From the human T2T-CHM13v2.0 reference genome, Homo sapiens: a DNA stretch of 64,000 nt. Each line of letters opens with the position of its first letter. Position 1 is the stretch's first letter. The position numbers were made by a program, and so were the translations under genes. The notes under the pieces were generated by a model. It was not told the DNA's origin. It was given only the letters and a program-made list of their open reading frames with translations, and ran no database searches. Below are positions 47,075 through 63,279 of the stretch, piece by piece. The DNA is taken from NCBI RefSeq assembly GCF_009914755.1, contig NC_060933.1, one strand, 5' to 3'.

Positions 47075-47369
47075 GGCCAGGCTTGGTGGCTCATGCCTGT
47101 AATCCCAGCACTTTGGGAGGCCAAGGCAGGTGGATCACCAGGTCAGGCATTCGAGACCAGCCTGGCCAACATAGTGAAATCCCGTCTCTACTAAAAATAC
47201 AAAAATTAGCCGAGCGTGGTGGCAGGCGCCTGTAATCCCAGCTACTCAGGACGCTGAGGCAGGAGAATCACTTGAACCTTGCAGGCAGAGGTTGCAGAGA
47301 GCTGAGGTCGCGCCACTGCACTCCAGCCTGGGCGACAGTGCGAGACTCCATCCCGAAAAGAAAAAAGAA
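47075..47369 (+). mobile_element. AluS (Sg/Sx3-like)
   Basis: TSD AGAAAACCATAATTCT. Confidence 0.97.
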
Positions 47370-47701
47370 AGAAAACCATAATTCTACCAGACTGGGAAGT
47401 CCTTGGTAGACTGCCAAGTTCTTCCATCTCCAGCCTCGAAGTCGATGTCTGGTGAAGAGGAGGTTCTCAAATTATATTTGTAGAATGAGATAAATAAAAC
47501 CTCAGAATTATCTGAAGTACTTTCAAACATGTTATCACACTGTGATCCTCTGAAGGTATATAAGACAGGTATTCTTGAACCATTTCAAAGATGAGGAGCC
47601 CTAACTTCAGAGCTATCAAATTAGCCTGGTCTTAGGGCTCCTAAGCTACTGCTTTTCTATTACTATCAACTCTGCCTCAACATTTAAAAAGCTCAGGGTT
47701 T

Positions 47702-47793
47702 CCAGGAGGTGGAGGTTGCAGTGAGCCGAGATCATACCATTGCACTCCAGCTTGGGCAACAAGAGTGAAACTCTGTCTAAAAAAAAAAACAAA
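47702..47793 (+). mobile_element. Severely 5'-truncated Alu (about 90 nt)
   Basis: ccaggaggtggaggttgcagtgagcc...A tail; AGGGTTTC on both sides. Confidence 0.92.
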
Positions 47794-48107
47794 GGGTTTC
47801 TACTCTTTCACTTTTGCTCTGCTTTCTGTATTTTATGATACCTGGTATAAAAACGCCAAAAGGAAAAGGCAACCAGATCATTCAGATGCCAAACCCTAAC
47901 AAGATCACTACTGCCCTTTGGAGCTATGCAAGTCTGATGGCTCAGGCTACCAGGTATTTAGGTCTACTTAAATAAGGCATACATAATGCGATATTTACAC
48001 TGTACACAAGTTTCAACCTACCACATATTTTTAACCAAAAATGTTTCTTTGGAATTTTTTTCCATGTACAAATACATACTGACAGTTTAATTCTAGATAG
48101 ACTTTTA

Positions 48108-48421
<314 letters not shown>

Positions 48422-51029
48422 AAATGCGAGTTGTTACCTCAAATGTTTTAGTTCTGTGGATGTCACTGTAAAAACTGATCACCACAGAATCACATCACAC
48501 TACCACATATGAACTGCATAATGGTAAATCCAGTGTTTTCAGATTCCCCAACTTAGACTTCAAAGTAGACATGATCTTCACCTGGTAGCTCACAGTTGCT
48601 CTTAGGTAAAATTGTATTTCAACTATGGATTCAACATTATTTATAGTGTACTTATTGTATGCGTGGCTTATGCTAGGTTGGGTGATTCCAACATGAGTAA
48701 AACATGACTCCTGACCCACAGTAAGGACAACATTAATAGTACTTGAGAAAGATACAAAGAAATACAAAAAGGCTATTGTATTGGTCTATGTGTGCCACAA
48801 ATGTGGTTGCTACATACAGTTTCTTAAGGAACACACGTGAAAGAAAACTACTAATTTCACTAGTCAGTAGAGGTGAGCTAACAGAAGTTAGCTCTTAATA
48901 ATTCCTCCTTGCAGAAAGAGCTGATACATAAAAGTTTCTAACAGAGTTTCCAACATAGTGGATTAAACTGTTAACAATTCTGGATAATTTTCTCAGATAA
49001 AAGACACTAGAAACTTAAGGATTCTTTTCCTTAAAAGTGAAGCAATAATTCTGCAACAGTTTGTATATAATATACATATCTGAAAGTAATCTTAGTTGCT
49101 TTCAATACTGCTCAACCAATCATAACTAGCACTCGTTGCTAAGGCTATGCATCTTTTAATGCCATGTTTATATTATGCTATGTATCAATACGGTAAAAGT
49201 TACACGCCATCACCCATTTTGTACCAGTCTTCCTTCTATGTAGTACTAAAATACTGCCCAAATTACTAGTTTTGAAAGCTATCCTAGAATAGAAATAAAA
49301 TGCCCTATACCAAATATTAAGCAATGATAAACATTTAATTAACTGTGGCTCATTAGATGATTACCTATCTGAAAGGACCTACTATGTTTGACTCACACAG
49401 ATATGCAGGTTAGAAGAGAACCCCATGCAAGTCTAAAGCACGCTGCGCACTCTCTAGCTCTCGGACCAACCATTTCATTCCTTCTTAGGCGCCATCACTA
49501 TATGCCTATTAGGCATCCAGCTCTATAGCACGTAATTCTCTCCCAAAACTAGAAGTACACTGGCTTTCAGTCAGAAAAATTAAAGGCTGATTAGAAGATC
49601 CTCTCAACCTTACAGCCAAGAAAAACGTAATTTCCAATATATAGACTGAATTGAAAAGGATTTTTACAAATGATTAGTCAACCAATGCGGTGTGGTGCAT
49701 GTACCTACGTACAAACATGCATGCCTGCAAGCACACACCCACCACCACCCCATGACAGTCACCAGAAACTGCTAAACTAATCCCAGAACTCCTTCCAATG
49801 ACCCAAGCAAGACACAGCTGCAGGATTCTCTTCTCAATAGCCTTTACCAATCTATCAATATTGATAAGAGTTGAAACCTGTTTTCCATCTTTAACTTACT
49901 CTTTACATCTTTACTGTTTTACATCTTTAACTTCAGATAAGGAGGTCTAAAGAAGTACCAAAGAAGTTACAAAGATCAAACAGGCAGTCAGTGACAGAGT
50001 CTGGGTTAGAAAAAATCCAGACCTTGTGCCTTCTGGTCCATACCACAGAGCCTATCTGCAATGTTTATCACATACCCACTAAACCTTACTATTCCTTAAT
50101 TTCTCTGTGTCCTGATCATTTAACTTCTTACCATCTCATTTTGGCAGCCACATACGCTCCTCTCCCTTTTGCTTTTACAGAATCCAATGCCCCTGGCATA
50201 AAAGGGGAGAGAACTTACTGCCATTTCATATCCACGCAGTTAATGAATGCCCATAGTTAACATGGCGTCTCCCCCTTAAGCCACTAGCTGTCACTCAAAA
50301 GTTCACTCTAAAGCTTGACCTTTGCTTCTGCTCAGAAGTATTTATTCACCCTATCACAAGTGTTTTTCCTTTAATGTCATGATGGCAAAAATACTGCAGT
50401 GGTTGTATGCCTTTCCAAATACGCACATCTGTGACAAACACTATACAGTTTTGTCACTAAGACTCAAGAACTTAGATGGTAAGATATACCAAAAGCAAAA
50501 AAGAATTACCAGGTCAAGGGACTGGGTAAAATTGGTATTCCTATGCTTGTTACCTGCCACAGAAACCAAGTACAATGTTTATAAACCTGACACCAAATAA
50601 ACATTTCAATCATAGTTATTTCAGCAGTTCTAATGTCAAATGAGCCTACAACTGCTCATCAGAGAAGGGTTACCACATGTATGCACTCAGATTGGAAAAT
50701 ATCTTCACTACTCTTTAAATACCATAACATATTTTGGCCACTCCACAATAAACAGGCCTAACTGTAGATAATATTGTATCTAACAAAATCAGCTTTTTTG
50801 ACTGAAATCCCACCAGTTCCACCACTATAACCTCTCAGCTAGGGTAATTAGTATTTTCGTTGTTCTTCCGATTCCACATTTGAACACTGTAGTTCTCTAC
50901 TTCACGGGCAGAAATGACCTCATGGGCAATGTTCTAGGCAGATAAAAAGGTCACAAATTAATGGGCAAAAGAGTCCTTTCTTTAAACAACACATAAGCAA
51001 ATCTGAAAGATATCCACCGTTTTAATGAG

Positions 51030-51230
51030 TTTTTGTTTGTCAGGCACTGTGCTGATCCTTACCCAAACTATGTCTTATTGAATTCTCATTCCAACCCTAA
51101 GCAATGACAGTTATTACCCTCCATATTTAAAAATGAGGAAATCCAGGCTTAAAGAAATTCTGTCCCTTGTCAAACTTCCCACAGCATAGTTGGGATTCAA
51201 TCTCAGGACTCCGACGCTTTCTATACCTAC
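51030..51230 (-). mobile_element. MIR relic
   Basis: caggcactgtgct...aaatgaggaaatccaggctt...gggattcaatctcagg. Confidence 0.7.
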
Positions 51231-51445
51231 ACTGCCTATGCTACTTCCACTACACTATAAATACTTAGAAAACATTTGTAAAAATGTTGTGAGGCCATCA
51301 GAACTGTAACTAATTATTCCTCAAAATGTAGATATCCTGGCTAAACTGTATGTCCATAATCAAACCGTCATATCATCAAAAGCTAATCAAACCCAGGGCA
51401 TAAGGTCTGTGTGGGTCATTTAAGTTAACAATGGAACCCTTATGA

Positions 51446-51972
<527 letters not shown>

Positions 51973-52309
51973 TAATGCACATATTTTTTGGAGTTTTGAA
52001 GCTGCTTTGCCTTATGTTATTTTAACATATGAACCTCCACTATGATTTTTAGTATCTTGCAAACTGTTGACCTACCAAACTAGTAAGAGAAATTCACTTA
52101 GAAAAGATGCTGGCATTAGAATTTCCAAAATAGTTCATGTAGATATAAGTATGATACTTTCTGTTTCTGTGATAGGAAAAAGAAACGAATGGGTGTTTGG
52201 CACTTGCATTACACAGATACCATGCTAGGAATTTTCACATATGTCATCTCAGAAACACTCCAGCATAAATATTATTATACCTATTTTATAGAAAACAGTG
52301 GGTCAAAAA

Positions 52310-52970
<661 letters not shown>

Positions 52971-53185
52971 TAGATTTGATAGATAGATAATTGACTGATG
53001 GAGAGATAGATGAATTTGCCCAAGATTCTACCATATTCAGTAGCAGAATCAGTATTCAAATTCAGGTCTTTACAACTCCAAAGCCAATACTCTTTAAAAA
53101 GGGCAGGGTTATAATTCTGTTTGTACTAGATAGTACTGAGATGTCATTTATGGTCGTTCGAAAGGTGTACACTAAGATACATTCC

Positions 53186-53483
53186 TTTTTTGTGTGTGAG
53201 ACGGAGTCTTGCTCTGTCGCCTAGGCTGGAGTGCAATGGCAAAAATCTCAGCTTACTGCAAGCTCCGCCTCCCGGGCTCAAGCCTCAGCCTCCACTGCCT
53301 CAGCCTCAGAGTAGCTGGGATTACAGGTGCACACTACCACACCCAGCTAATTTCTGTATTTTTAGTAGAGACAGGGTTTTGCCATGTTGGCCAGGCTGGT
53401 CTCCAACTCCTGACCTCAAGTGATCCACCCGCCTTGGCCTCCTGAAGTACTGGGATTACAGGCGTGAGCCACCATGCCCAGCC
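53186..53483 (-). mobile_element. AluSx/Sz-like with local rearrangement
   Basis: Dimeric antisense Alu; gcctcagcctc repeated at about 53282-53308. Confidence 0.95.
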
Positions 53484-53667
53484 TACATATTCTTAAGCTC
53501 CTTTTTTATAAATGAAAAATCTATTACCAAGTAAATGGGTTTTAGTAAATGTTTCTGAGCTACTTTAGGTTTACCATGTAAGACTACAAATGTGTGTGGA
53601 AGGAGAAGAGGTTTAGGTACTACGCTTTTCATCAAACAGTTACTCCCAATTGAATAGTATTTGAAAA

Positions 53668-53714
53668 CAAGCAGAATTCATGTTAGAATTCAAGCAGAAA
53701 TTCATGTTAGAATT
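53668..53714 (+). repeat. 23/24-bp tandem duplication
   Basis: CAAGCAGAATTCATGTTAGAATT followed by CAAGCAGAAATTCATGTTAGAATT. Confidence 0.9.
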
Positions 53715-53849
53715 TTTCTTCCAAGTCAAAATGCCAGAACTGATAATGCCATGAGGATGCAACGAGTATGTGAAATATCTGTTTTTATCAAATTCTGGTT
53801 TTTACTCTTAGGTTTTTTGTTGTTGTTGTTGTTCATTTAAAAATCTTTT

Positions 53850-53963
53850 GGCCAGACACGGTTGCTCACACCTACGAAGCACGAGGATAGCTCAAGGCTA
53901 GGAGTTCAAGACCAGCCTGGGCAACATAGTGAGTCACCATCTCTACAAAAATAATAATAATAA
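53850..53963 (+). mobile_element. FLAM/AluJ left monomer with deletion
   Basis: aggagttcaagaccagcctgggcaacatagtgag; (AAT)n tail; AAATCTT flanks. Confidence 0.88.
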
Positions 53964-54332
53964 ATCTTATAAGAGTTTAGCAATTTCTCATAAGTTTTTT
54001 TTTTTACGTTACAAAAAAAAATTACAGACAGGAGTTTCAACACACATTTTAAGTGCTAGTTTACCAAACACTGACACAAAATCTGATGGGTGTTTGCAAA
54101 AACGGGTATATCTGGGTTTGAGTTGGGGGCTTACGACTAAATACTATTAATATGCCAACTGCATAAAATATCCATATGCCTTTACAAATCATGTTTACTT
54201 AAAAACGTTAAGAAGTAGAATTCAGTGTTCAATCAAGTACACACCTTAAAAAAAATCAACATTCCTTTAAAAAAAAAAGATGTCAGGTGGTAATTCTAGG
54301 GATGGGGAGCAAGAGTAGTATTTTTACGAATA

Positions 54333-54642
54333 TTTTTCTTTTCTTTTTTTTTTTTCTTTTTTTGAGACGGAGTCTCGCTCTGTCACCCAGGCTGGAGTGC
54401 AGTGGCGAGATCTCGGCTCACTGCAACCTCCGCCTACCAGGTTCAAGCGATTCTTCCTGCCTCAGCCTCCCGAGTAGCTGGGACTACAGGCACATGCCAC
54501 CACGCCCGGCTAATTTTTGTATTTTTAGTAGAGACGGGTTTTCACCATGTTGGCCAGGCTGGTCTCGGACTCCTTACCTCAGGTGATCCACCTGCCTTGG
54601 CCAAAGTGCTGGGATTACAGGCATGCGCCACCGCACCCAGCC
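54333..54642 (-). mobile_element. AluSx-like
   Basis: Full antisense dimer with T tail. Confidence 0.97.
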
Positions 54643-54671
54643 ATTTTTCATTTTTTTATATCAATAACTAT

Positions 54672-54880
54672 CCAGTCATTTCTGGGAAAGGTATTATTGG
54701 TATTTGGGGCAGAACAACTCATCACTGTATGTAAATTGTTCTGCAATCCTGATGCTGCAGTGTCCCTGACCCACTAAATAGCAGGAGGCAGCCCCCCAAT
54801 TGAGTCATTTGTGACAAACAAAACATCGCCCAAGATTTCCAAACACTGTGTAGGTAGTAGCATCACCAGGTTCAGAACCC
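54672..54880 (-). mobile_element. MER20-like hAT-Charlie MITE
   Basis: tattggtatttggggcaga...ccctgacccactaaatgc...ttgtgacaaacaaaac...ccaaa resembles reverse-complement MER20. Confidence 0.6.
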
Positions 54881-55287
54881 AAAGAAGCCTAAACCCCCTC
54901 CACCTGTCAGTACTTCACAGCGAACTGATGAGTAGGAAGTTCCTATCAGTCGGGCTGGGGGCCAACCTTCCCAGGCACTGCCAGGATGCCCCATGTTTTG
55001 AAATAACTTTCTCTTAGGCAGCCTATCAGTGTAAATTCGGATTTCTATCATGTTATTCTTAAAACCAAACATACCTGCATTAATTTGACTGACACCATAA
55101 AAATTCTAAGAGAAATGGGCATTTTTTTAAAATGGAGGGAGTTTTTAATTATTCAACACCAGCTTTTTTACAGTTACAGTCCTCAGAAGTCACATGGCCT
55201 AGACCATGGAGCTTTTCAAATGCTACAAGTCATAATATACGCATTAGAAAGAAACCACGGTAGTTGGGTTTTCAAAATAGGAAAATT

Positions 55288-55639
<352 letters not shown>

Positions 55640-55714
55640 TCAAGTTCAATGCCTCTGCATACTTAAGTTACCATATGACAGAAACAATGCAGAATTTATA
55701 AAAACTAATTTAGT

Positions 55715-56003
55715 GGCCCGGGCGCGGTGGCTCACGCCTGTAATCCCAGCACTTTGGGAGGCCGAGACGGGCGGATCAGGAGGTCAGGAGATTGAGACCA
55801 TCCTGGCTAACACGGTGAAACCCCGTCTCTACTAAAAATACAAAAAAATTAGCTGGCCGCGGTGGCGGGCACCTGCAGTCCGGAGGCTGACGCAGGAGAA
55901 TGGCGTGAACCCAGGAGACGGAGCTTGCACTGACCCCAGATCGCGCCACTGCACTCCAACGTGGGAGACAGAGCGAGACACCGTCTCAAAAAAAAAAAAA
56001 AAA
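55715..56003 (+). mobile_element. AluY with short right-arm deletion
   Basis: accatcctggctaacacgg; TSD AAAA(C/T)TAATTTAGT. Confidence 0.96.
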
Positions 56004-57243
56004 TTAATTTAGTATAAAATTAAAAAGAGCTACGTTTGAAATATAGTTTTGGTGAATTTCTAACTGTAAAAAAAGAAAAGATGCTTCAAAGTAATACATT
56101 AACTTAATAAGAGGAAAGAAAATCCAGCATTTTCAGTGTTAAATTCTAAACCATTATCAATAACAGAACTGTACAATCTTTTCACTATTTCCTTAAGCAA
56201 AGCCCAAAAGGTCTGCTCATTAATAAGAAAAGTCATCGTATTTCTCTTTGAAAAATATTTGTCACCAATTCTGTGGTATATTCTTTCCCAAGTTCTGACT
56301 AGAATCGTGTAAGTCCACCACGCAACACAGCACAGCGCTAAATACCACAATCTATCACCAGCATTAACTGCTCCCAGTCCTAAGACTTTAATTTCGACAA
56401 GGCTGCAGCTCAGAAACTGAAGACTGGTAGGGTTTCTCTTTCAGCAGGCATGGACAAGGACCACATATTTTCATACAAGCTGGTGCATATGAGAAACAGT
56501 TTGCGGCCCCAGTCATAAGCATATCTAAGACAGGATTTCTAAGTTTGTGAAAATTCTACAATACACTTTTACAAAAGAAGCCCCAAATTATTTTAGACCA
56601 ATCCATGAAGAGTAAGTGACCAAAGCACCAGCAGGTTTTCCATCAGCCACAATCTTTTGAAAACTTTGAGTAAAAAGAAATCCTATAAAATTTTGCTATC
56701 ACAGCACTAGGCCATCAATTTCCAATTCACAGATGAAATATCTCAGTCAAAACTGCAAAGGCAGTATTAGTGTATAATTACTGGTAAAGACAGATGTGCT
56801 TTGGAAACACCCGAAACTTAACTTCCCTGAAAGTACACTATTTCTGCAAAACACAAAGTAGATAATATATTTAAAATAGTAATATCTGTTCACAATGTCA
56901 AGTTGCTGCATGGTAGAAAATGATCTCTGTAGCAGGTCCTCAAGATAAAACTAAATGTGAAGATGTATGCTGCGGTAGGTCTACTTTCCAATTACTAGAA
57001 GTAAGCATATAAGAGATATAATTAGTTATGACACTAGGACAGGCATACATGTTTCAACACACACGCAGCTCAAAACAAAGTTTTTGGCACTATATGACAG
57101 AGAACTTAAACCAAGACTCAAAGAAAGGTTATGGAGTGTGTGCCTTTATTTTTTTTATTTATTTAAAACTTGCCACATCAAATTACCTTTTTTACACTTT
57201 AAGTATATTTTGATTTGTTTAAACATCTCTCTGAAGATTTCTC

Positions 57244-57270
57244 GGGGGGGGGGGGGGGGGGGGCGGCGGG
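57244..57270 (+). repeat. Poly-G (G20) tract followed by CGGCGGG
   Basis: Direct reading. Confidence 0.95.
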
Positions 57271-58593
57271 CAACAACCCTGAAGCTTTCACTGAGCCTAC
57301 ATTACAAATTAAGGAAGTTGACTTTATAAAATTCATTTGGTTAAAAAGGAAAAAAGAATTGACCAAACACGTTTAGGAAATTTTGAAGTGCTAGTCACAG
57401 GTTTTTCAATCAGGAATAGAACATTAAATTCTAAGACTAAAATATACAAGGTAGTATAACTTAATTTTGACAATTAAAAGCTTGTCCGAGATATATCAAG
57501 ATATCCCCAAACCATAACCATTGAGCAAGGCTTTAAAAACTAAAACACAAAACTATTGAATAAATCCACAAGTAAATCATGATCCAGTTAGGATCATTTA
57601 TTCCTTGATAAAGACAGAAAAATGAAAAGACCATAAAGATACACCTGAGAATCTACGGAGCAGCATGTGCGGTAGATGTGTAAACAGTTGATTATTTAAA
57701 ATAAAGTATGATTAAGCTCATATGAAGCATGAATTCAGGAAACTGGAGAGACAGGTTACATAAATACATAAAAAACAAATCCTGTAAGAAACCTGTGTGT
57801 TCAATCTCAAAAGACTGAAACAAGAAATATTCCAAAGCATCCCTTTTCTAAGTCTCTGTTCAAAGACAATGAAACCTATGATGCAGTAGCTTATGAAAAC
57901 ACAACAAAATTCAAACTCTTAAGATATTCTAATTAGGAAACATCCAATATTAATAAATGCTGCCTTTTCCCTTAGTATCTTATCAAACATAAATTTCTTT
58001 TGCTGAGAAAATTAACCTAAAAACAAATTTTAAGTTAGAAAGGTTCAAAATATCAAAGTAAAGAGAAGGCACCAAAAAAAGGAGGCAGACTTCAAGTCTG
58101 ACAGCTTCCATCTCCCAAGTCAATCTACAAATGAAATTCCATCGATGAAGTCAGGTGTAGTGAAGAGGAGGTATTGTGAATGGGTGCTGGAAACATAAAG
58201 CTTGTAATTAAGTGCATTCTTGAGTATAATAATCCACCCTGGAACAAGATAAAGCATTCAGAACCTATCCAATGCAAAACAGCTAGACGTTATACTCCCA
58301 CAGGAGTTACAGTACATGACAATGAATTATGAACCAAATCCCATCTTATGAGCCAAATGGTCCATGAAGACAGCACAAACAGTCCCTCCAAAGACACTGT
58401 TAATTACGCCCTCAGGTTTTGGTCCAGCAGAACTTTACACCTGAAAACAAGGCCTGCTAAGGACCCTCTCTACCTTCATAAAACAATGTAGGAAATCTAG
58501 CATATTAGTTATAAAAAAGACTTTGGGATTTGGTTAAAAGAAAGCACCCAGGAGATTTCAACTAACACAAGAAAAGTTTGACCCTCAAGTTTA

Positions 58594-58924
58594 CAGGCTG
58601 AGCATCCTAAATCCAAAAATCATAAAATGCTCTAAAATCCCACACTTTTTGAGTACCAACATGTCCTAAGTGGAAAATTCCACACCTGACACCATTGCTT
58701 TCTGATGTCCACGTACACAAACTTTAATTCAGGCATAAAATGTAAAAATATACAAAATTACTTCCAGGCTATGTGTATAAAATATATAAGAAAAATTAAT
58801 GAATTTCATGTTTAGACTTAGGTCCTGTCCCTGAGATACCCCATTATGTAAATGTAAATATTCCAAAATCTGAATAAATCTGAATTTTGGTCCCAAGCAT
58901 TTCAAATACCAGAGGCTCAACCTG
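58594..58924 (+). mobile_element. Tigger4-type (Zombi/MER46 family) MITE
   Basis: TA-CAGGCTGAG...CTCAACCTG-TA terminal inverted repeats; aagtggaaaattccacacctgac internal motif. Confidence 0.85.
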
Positions 58925-59201
58925 TATGTCCAACACAGGTTGTTCTAGCTTTCTTTTAAATGAGAAAATTCCAGAGTTTCAGAGAGCCCCAGGGAGGAAT
59001 GAAGAAACAAATGTAAAATTAGCTTTCCTGGAGTCAAATTTATTTCATTTCTTTTTATTTCCCGAACTCTCATTCCCCCCACCAAAAAAATCTATAAACT
59101 TTCTAGAGTCTGACTTCACAAAGCAGACTGAATTTTCAAAATTGCTAGTTATATTTTTAACAATAAAATGATTCCTAGATCTGCAGATTCCATGCAAAAG
59201 A

Positions 59202-59509
59202 TTTTTTTTTTTTTTTTTTTTTTTTTTGAGATGGAGTCTCCCTCTGTCGCCCAGGCTGGAGTACAGTGGCGCAATCTCGGCTCGCTGCAACCTCCACCTC
59301 CCAAGTTCAAGCAAGTCTCCTGCCTCAGCCCCCAAAGTAGCTGAGATTACAGGCGCATGCCACCACGCCCGACTAATTTTTGTATTTTTAGTAGAGATGG
59401 GGTTTCACCATGTTGGCCAGGCTGGTCCCGAACTCCTGACTTCAAGTGACCTACTCGCCTCTGCCTCCCAAAGTGCTGGGACTATAGGCGTGAGCCACCG
59501 CACCTGACC
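59202..59509 (-). mobile_element. AluSx/Sz-like
   Basis: TSD CCATGCAAAA; long T tail. Confidence 0.97.
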
Positions 59510-60438
59510 CCATGCAAAATTTGCATTTTACGCTGTGGAGAAGAGGTTGTATACAAATTGGAAGAAGTTCAATAACACAGATTTTTCCAAAGCACTAATG
59601 CTTTTCTTAATTGATAACCAAAAAGTCAACATAAAAAAACTGATTAGTATTACCTCAAACCATAACTTGCTGAAATTCAAAAACAAACCCTAAAGTACAA
59701 AAAAAAAAGTCATATTCCTCTTTGGCAACTACTTTTTCCTTTGACTTTTGTCAAAGACCAGTATGAATAAGGCTGTCCCACAAACAGTGTTATGTGCACA
59801 AATTTGTACTTCACTAGCTTTCTGATTTCTAATGTCACTAGTATTTGTTTATGCCCCCCACACACAGATTTGCTCAACTAAAAAAACAGACTAGGTAGGT
59901 TATCTGTCAACCTCTCTAATTTCTTATCTAAGACCTATATATAAAACCATTTCGTATCATGAAGCACTCATGCAGTCTCACATCTTAGTTAAAACTTTTC
60001 TTGATATCCTTTGCCTTTAGAAGCCTTCTCAGGCTCCAAAATTTTACTTAGAATAGAAAAAATTCACTCTACAGTAGAATTTATCAGGCACTTAAAACAT
60101 AGAGCTGGCTACAAAGGGCTACAAAATAATAACACACTTTGGTCAGTGGAATGATATTTATAAGCATGCATGTATGGTACGCATGAATCTATAAGTGCAC
60201 AAAATATGATACCAATTCTTATATAGTGAAATGGCTTTTTATAGATTTAAAGAAGCTCCATAACTAGTGGGAGGAAAGAATCAATGTCAAAATTGTCAGC
60301 TTAAGACACTGTACTTCTTCCAACAATGCTACCATTGCTCAAAATATTTCTAGAACTCATCATCTGTAAATACTTCTAGGGCCAACTTGTAAACTATATG
60401 TGAAAAATCAATGTTGTCTTTTTTCTAAATCAAAAATA

Positions 60439-60670
60439 GGCTGGGGGTGGTAGCCCATGCCTGTAATTCCACCACTGTGGAAGGTGAAGGTGGAAGGATC
60501 ACTTGAGTCCAGGAGTTGGAGACTAGCCTGAACAATACCTCAGGAAGCTGAGGTAGGGGGATCGCTTAAGTCCAAGAGTTCAAGGCTGCAGTGAGTTATT
60601 ATTGCATCACTGCACTCCGGTCAGGGTGACAGAGGGAGACTCTGCTTCTAAAAAGTAAATAAAAAAAAAA
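60439..60670 (+). mobile_element. AluJ with internal deletion
   Basis: TSD AAATCAAAAATAG; arm junction deleted. Confidence 0.92.
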
Positions 60671-61070
60671 AATCAAAAATAGAATTATCTTGTTTTAACA
60701 CCCACCAAGTAAGTTAACACCAAAAGACTTTTGAAGATTCAGAAAATCAAAGCTTATGTCATGGAAGATTTGCTAGCACCAAAGACGCTTAGAAGAACTA
60801 GACACAGGCTGTCTGAAATCAATGTAAAATGAAGACCTCCAAGAGCATTTTAAGCTATGACACCATCACTGCATCATCTTCTAGGGTGACTATTTTATAA
60901 ATAATAATACTTATTTGTAACTGCTTATTTGTGGTTTTCAAATTTCCTTAGTGTATTCATTAGTATAGTAATTATTTCAATGCTTCATTCAAATTTATTA
61001 ATCCTGTCAAACATTTTAAGTTCTTCAAATGTTATAAAATCTCATTTCACTTAAAAAGTATTTAAAATCA

Positions 61071-61380
<310 letters not shown>

Positions 61381-62340
61381 ACATAACTAGACTTTCTTCC
61401 AAATTCTAAGCATACCATTTCTTTATTTTCCTGTGTCTTGAAAATCACATGTAATTACAAAATGGTACTGTAAAACTTTTCATAGCAATGAATTCTATGG
61501 TATGCAAATTATTTCTCAATAAAACTGTTTTGAAAAACTTAAGTCACAGATACCCAAAGAAGCCAGTGAAGCATCATTAACAAGCCTGAACTATTAAAAA
61601 TGAAGGAAAAAGTTATTCAAAGATTAATCAAAAGCCCAGATCACGCCAAAACAGACCAATCAAGTAATAATTTTTTCAGTCACTGAAAGAGCTCACATAC
61701 TTCTCACACATATGTTAGCACAGGTACAAAGGACCCCAAAACAGGTATACTCTGAACTGAAGAGACTTGTAAATTCCACCAGAGGATGAATATTAAATAA
61801 AACATATAGATATACACATTCATGCTGAATATCATATATAATATTTCACTTTCAACTCAACATGAGATGTGTGATCTTTTGAAGAGTGGGAACAGATTTT
61901 ACACTCTCACCCGCAGTCACACCGCCTTATTATACAAAAGCACAAAATCTGTAAAATAGCCTGACTACAGAGATACATTTTGCTTTAAACAAAGTTAACC
62001 ATCCTGTCCAGATCATGCTCTATCCAGTCTCAGTTTTTTTGACAGCACAATGTTCCCCTTATATATATATCATGCACACTATAAAACACAAAAATAGGTG
62101 AACAAGATAAATCAAATTTCTAATATATTTTCCCCCAAATCGTAAAGGATGATTTCTGCATACCCCTTGAAGTGTTTACATCTATCCTGGAAACCACTAT
62201 TCCAACTGAGCTAAGCATAAGCAGTTCAGAAAAGTTCAGCAGCAGATGCCAAAGAACTCTCAATGGTTATAATAAATAAGTTTTGATAACTATTGATAAA
62301 GAATCCGTTCATATTCACAAGGACAATCATATGTGAGATA

Positions 62341-62985
62341 TTCATCCATTCATTCATTCAATAAATATTTGTTGAGTGTTGCTACAGGTAATGGAAATGC
62401 AGAATTAGTAAGACAAAGGACCCTGTTCTTATGGGGCTTCATGGTGGTGGGAAGATAAACTACATGTAAATAAAAAAATTAAATATACTTTCAAGCGGCA
62501 GTGTGCTGTGAAGAAAAAAATCAGGGTAAGAGACCAAAGAAACATACACTGATAGGGACACAGGAGGGAAGGTTGGCAGGAAGGTCTCTTTAAAGGACTG
62601 ACATTCCAGAGGAGACTCTAGTGAAATGAGGGAGGAAGCCCTGCAAAAGTGTGAAAAAAAAGAACCTCACAGGCAGAGAAAAACCCCATGCAAAGGGCTG
62701 AGGTAGGTACCAGCTTAGCAAAGTTCTATGGCCTGTGGAAAATCAGCAAGGCTGGATTAGAGGGAGCAGTGGCAGGAAACGGCGTCAGAGTTGGGCTGGG
62801 TCACAAACATTACATATCCTTTTCAGTGATGGTAAGGAGTTGGGATTTCACTGCAGGTATGATAAGAAGTCACTGGAAGGTTGTGAGATAAGAAGTGATC
62901 AACCTGTGGATAGTCTTCTAGGAGTAGTGGGAGGAGAGAGGCAAGCATAGAAGTACTAGGCCACTTAGAAGATACAATAGTATTC
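62341..62985 (-). mobile_element. L2 3' end
   Basis: cattcattcattcaataaatatttgttgag terminus, then caggcagag...tgcaaagggctgagg...tggtaaggagttgggattt. Confidence 0.8.
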
Positions 62986-62986
62986 T

Positions 62987-63279
62987 GGGCAGGATACAGT
63001 GGCTCACGCCTGTAATCCCAGCACTTTGGGAGGCCCAGGCAGGCGGATCACTTAAGGTCAGGAGTTCATGACCAGCCTGGCCAGCATGGCAAAACTCCAT
63101 CTCTACAAAAAACTAGCTGGCCGTGGTGGCATGCAGCTGTAGGCCCAGTTAGTCAGGAGGCTAAGGTGGAGGATCACCTGAGCCCAGGGAGGTCGAGGCT
63201 GCAGTGAGCCATGATCATGCCACTGCACTCCAGCCTGAGTGATGAGAGTGAGACCTTGTCTCAAAAAAAAAAAAAAAAA
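62987..63279 (+). mobile_element. AluJ (Jb-like)
   Basis: ggaggtcgaggctgcagtgagccatgatc; A tail. Confidence 0.95.

Noticed and set aside
54921-54952. CTGATGAG followed by a short hairpin, resembling a hammerhead ribozyme core
   Set aside because: The required GAAA after stem II is absent, and ACTGAT instead pairs with ATCAGT.
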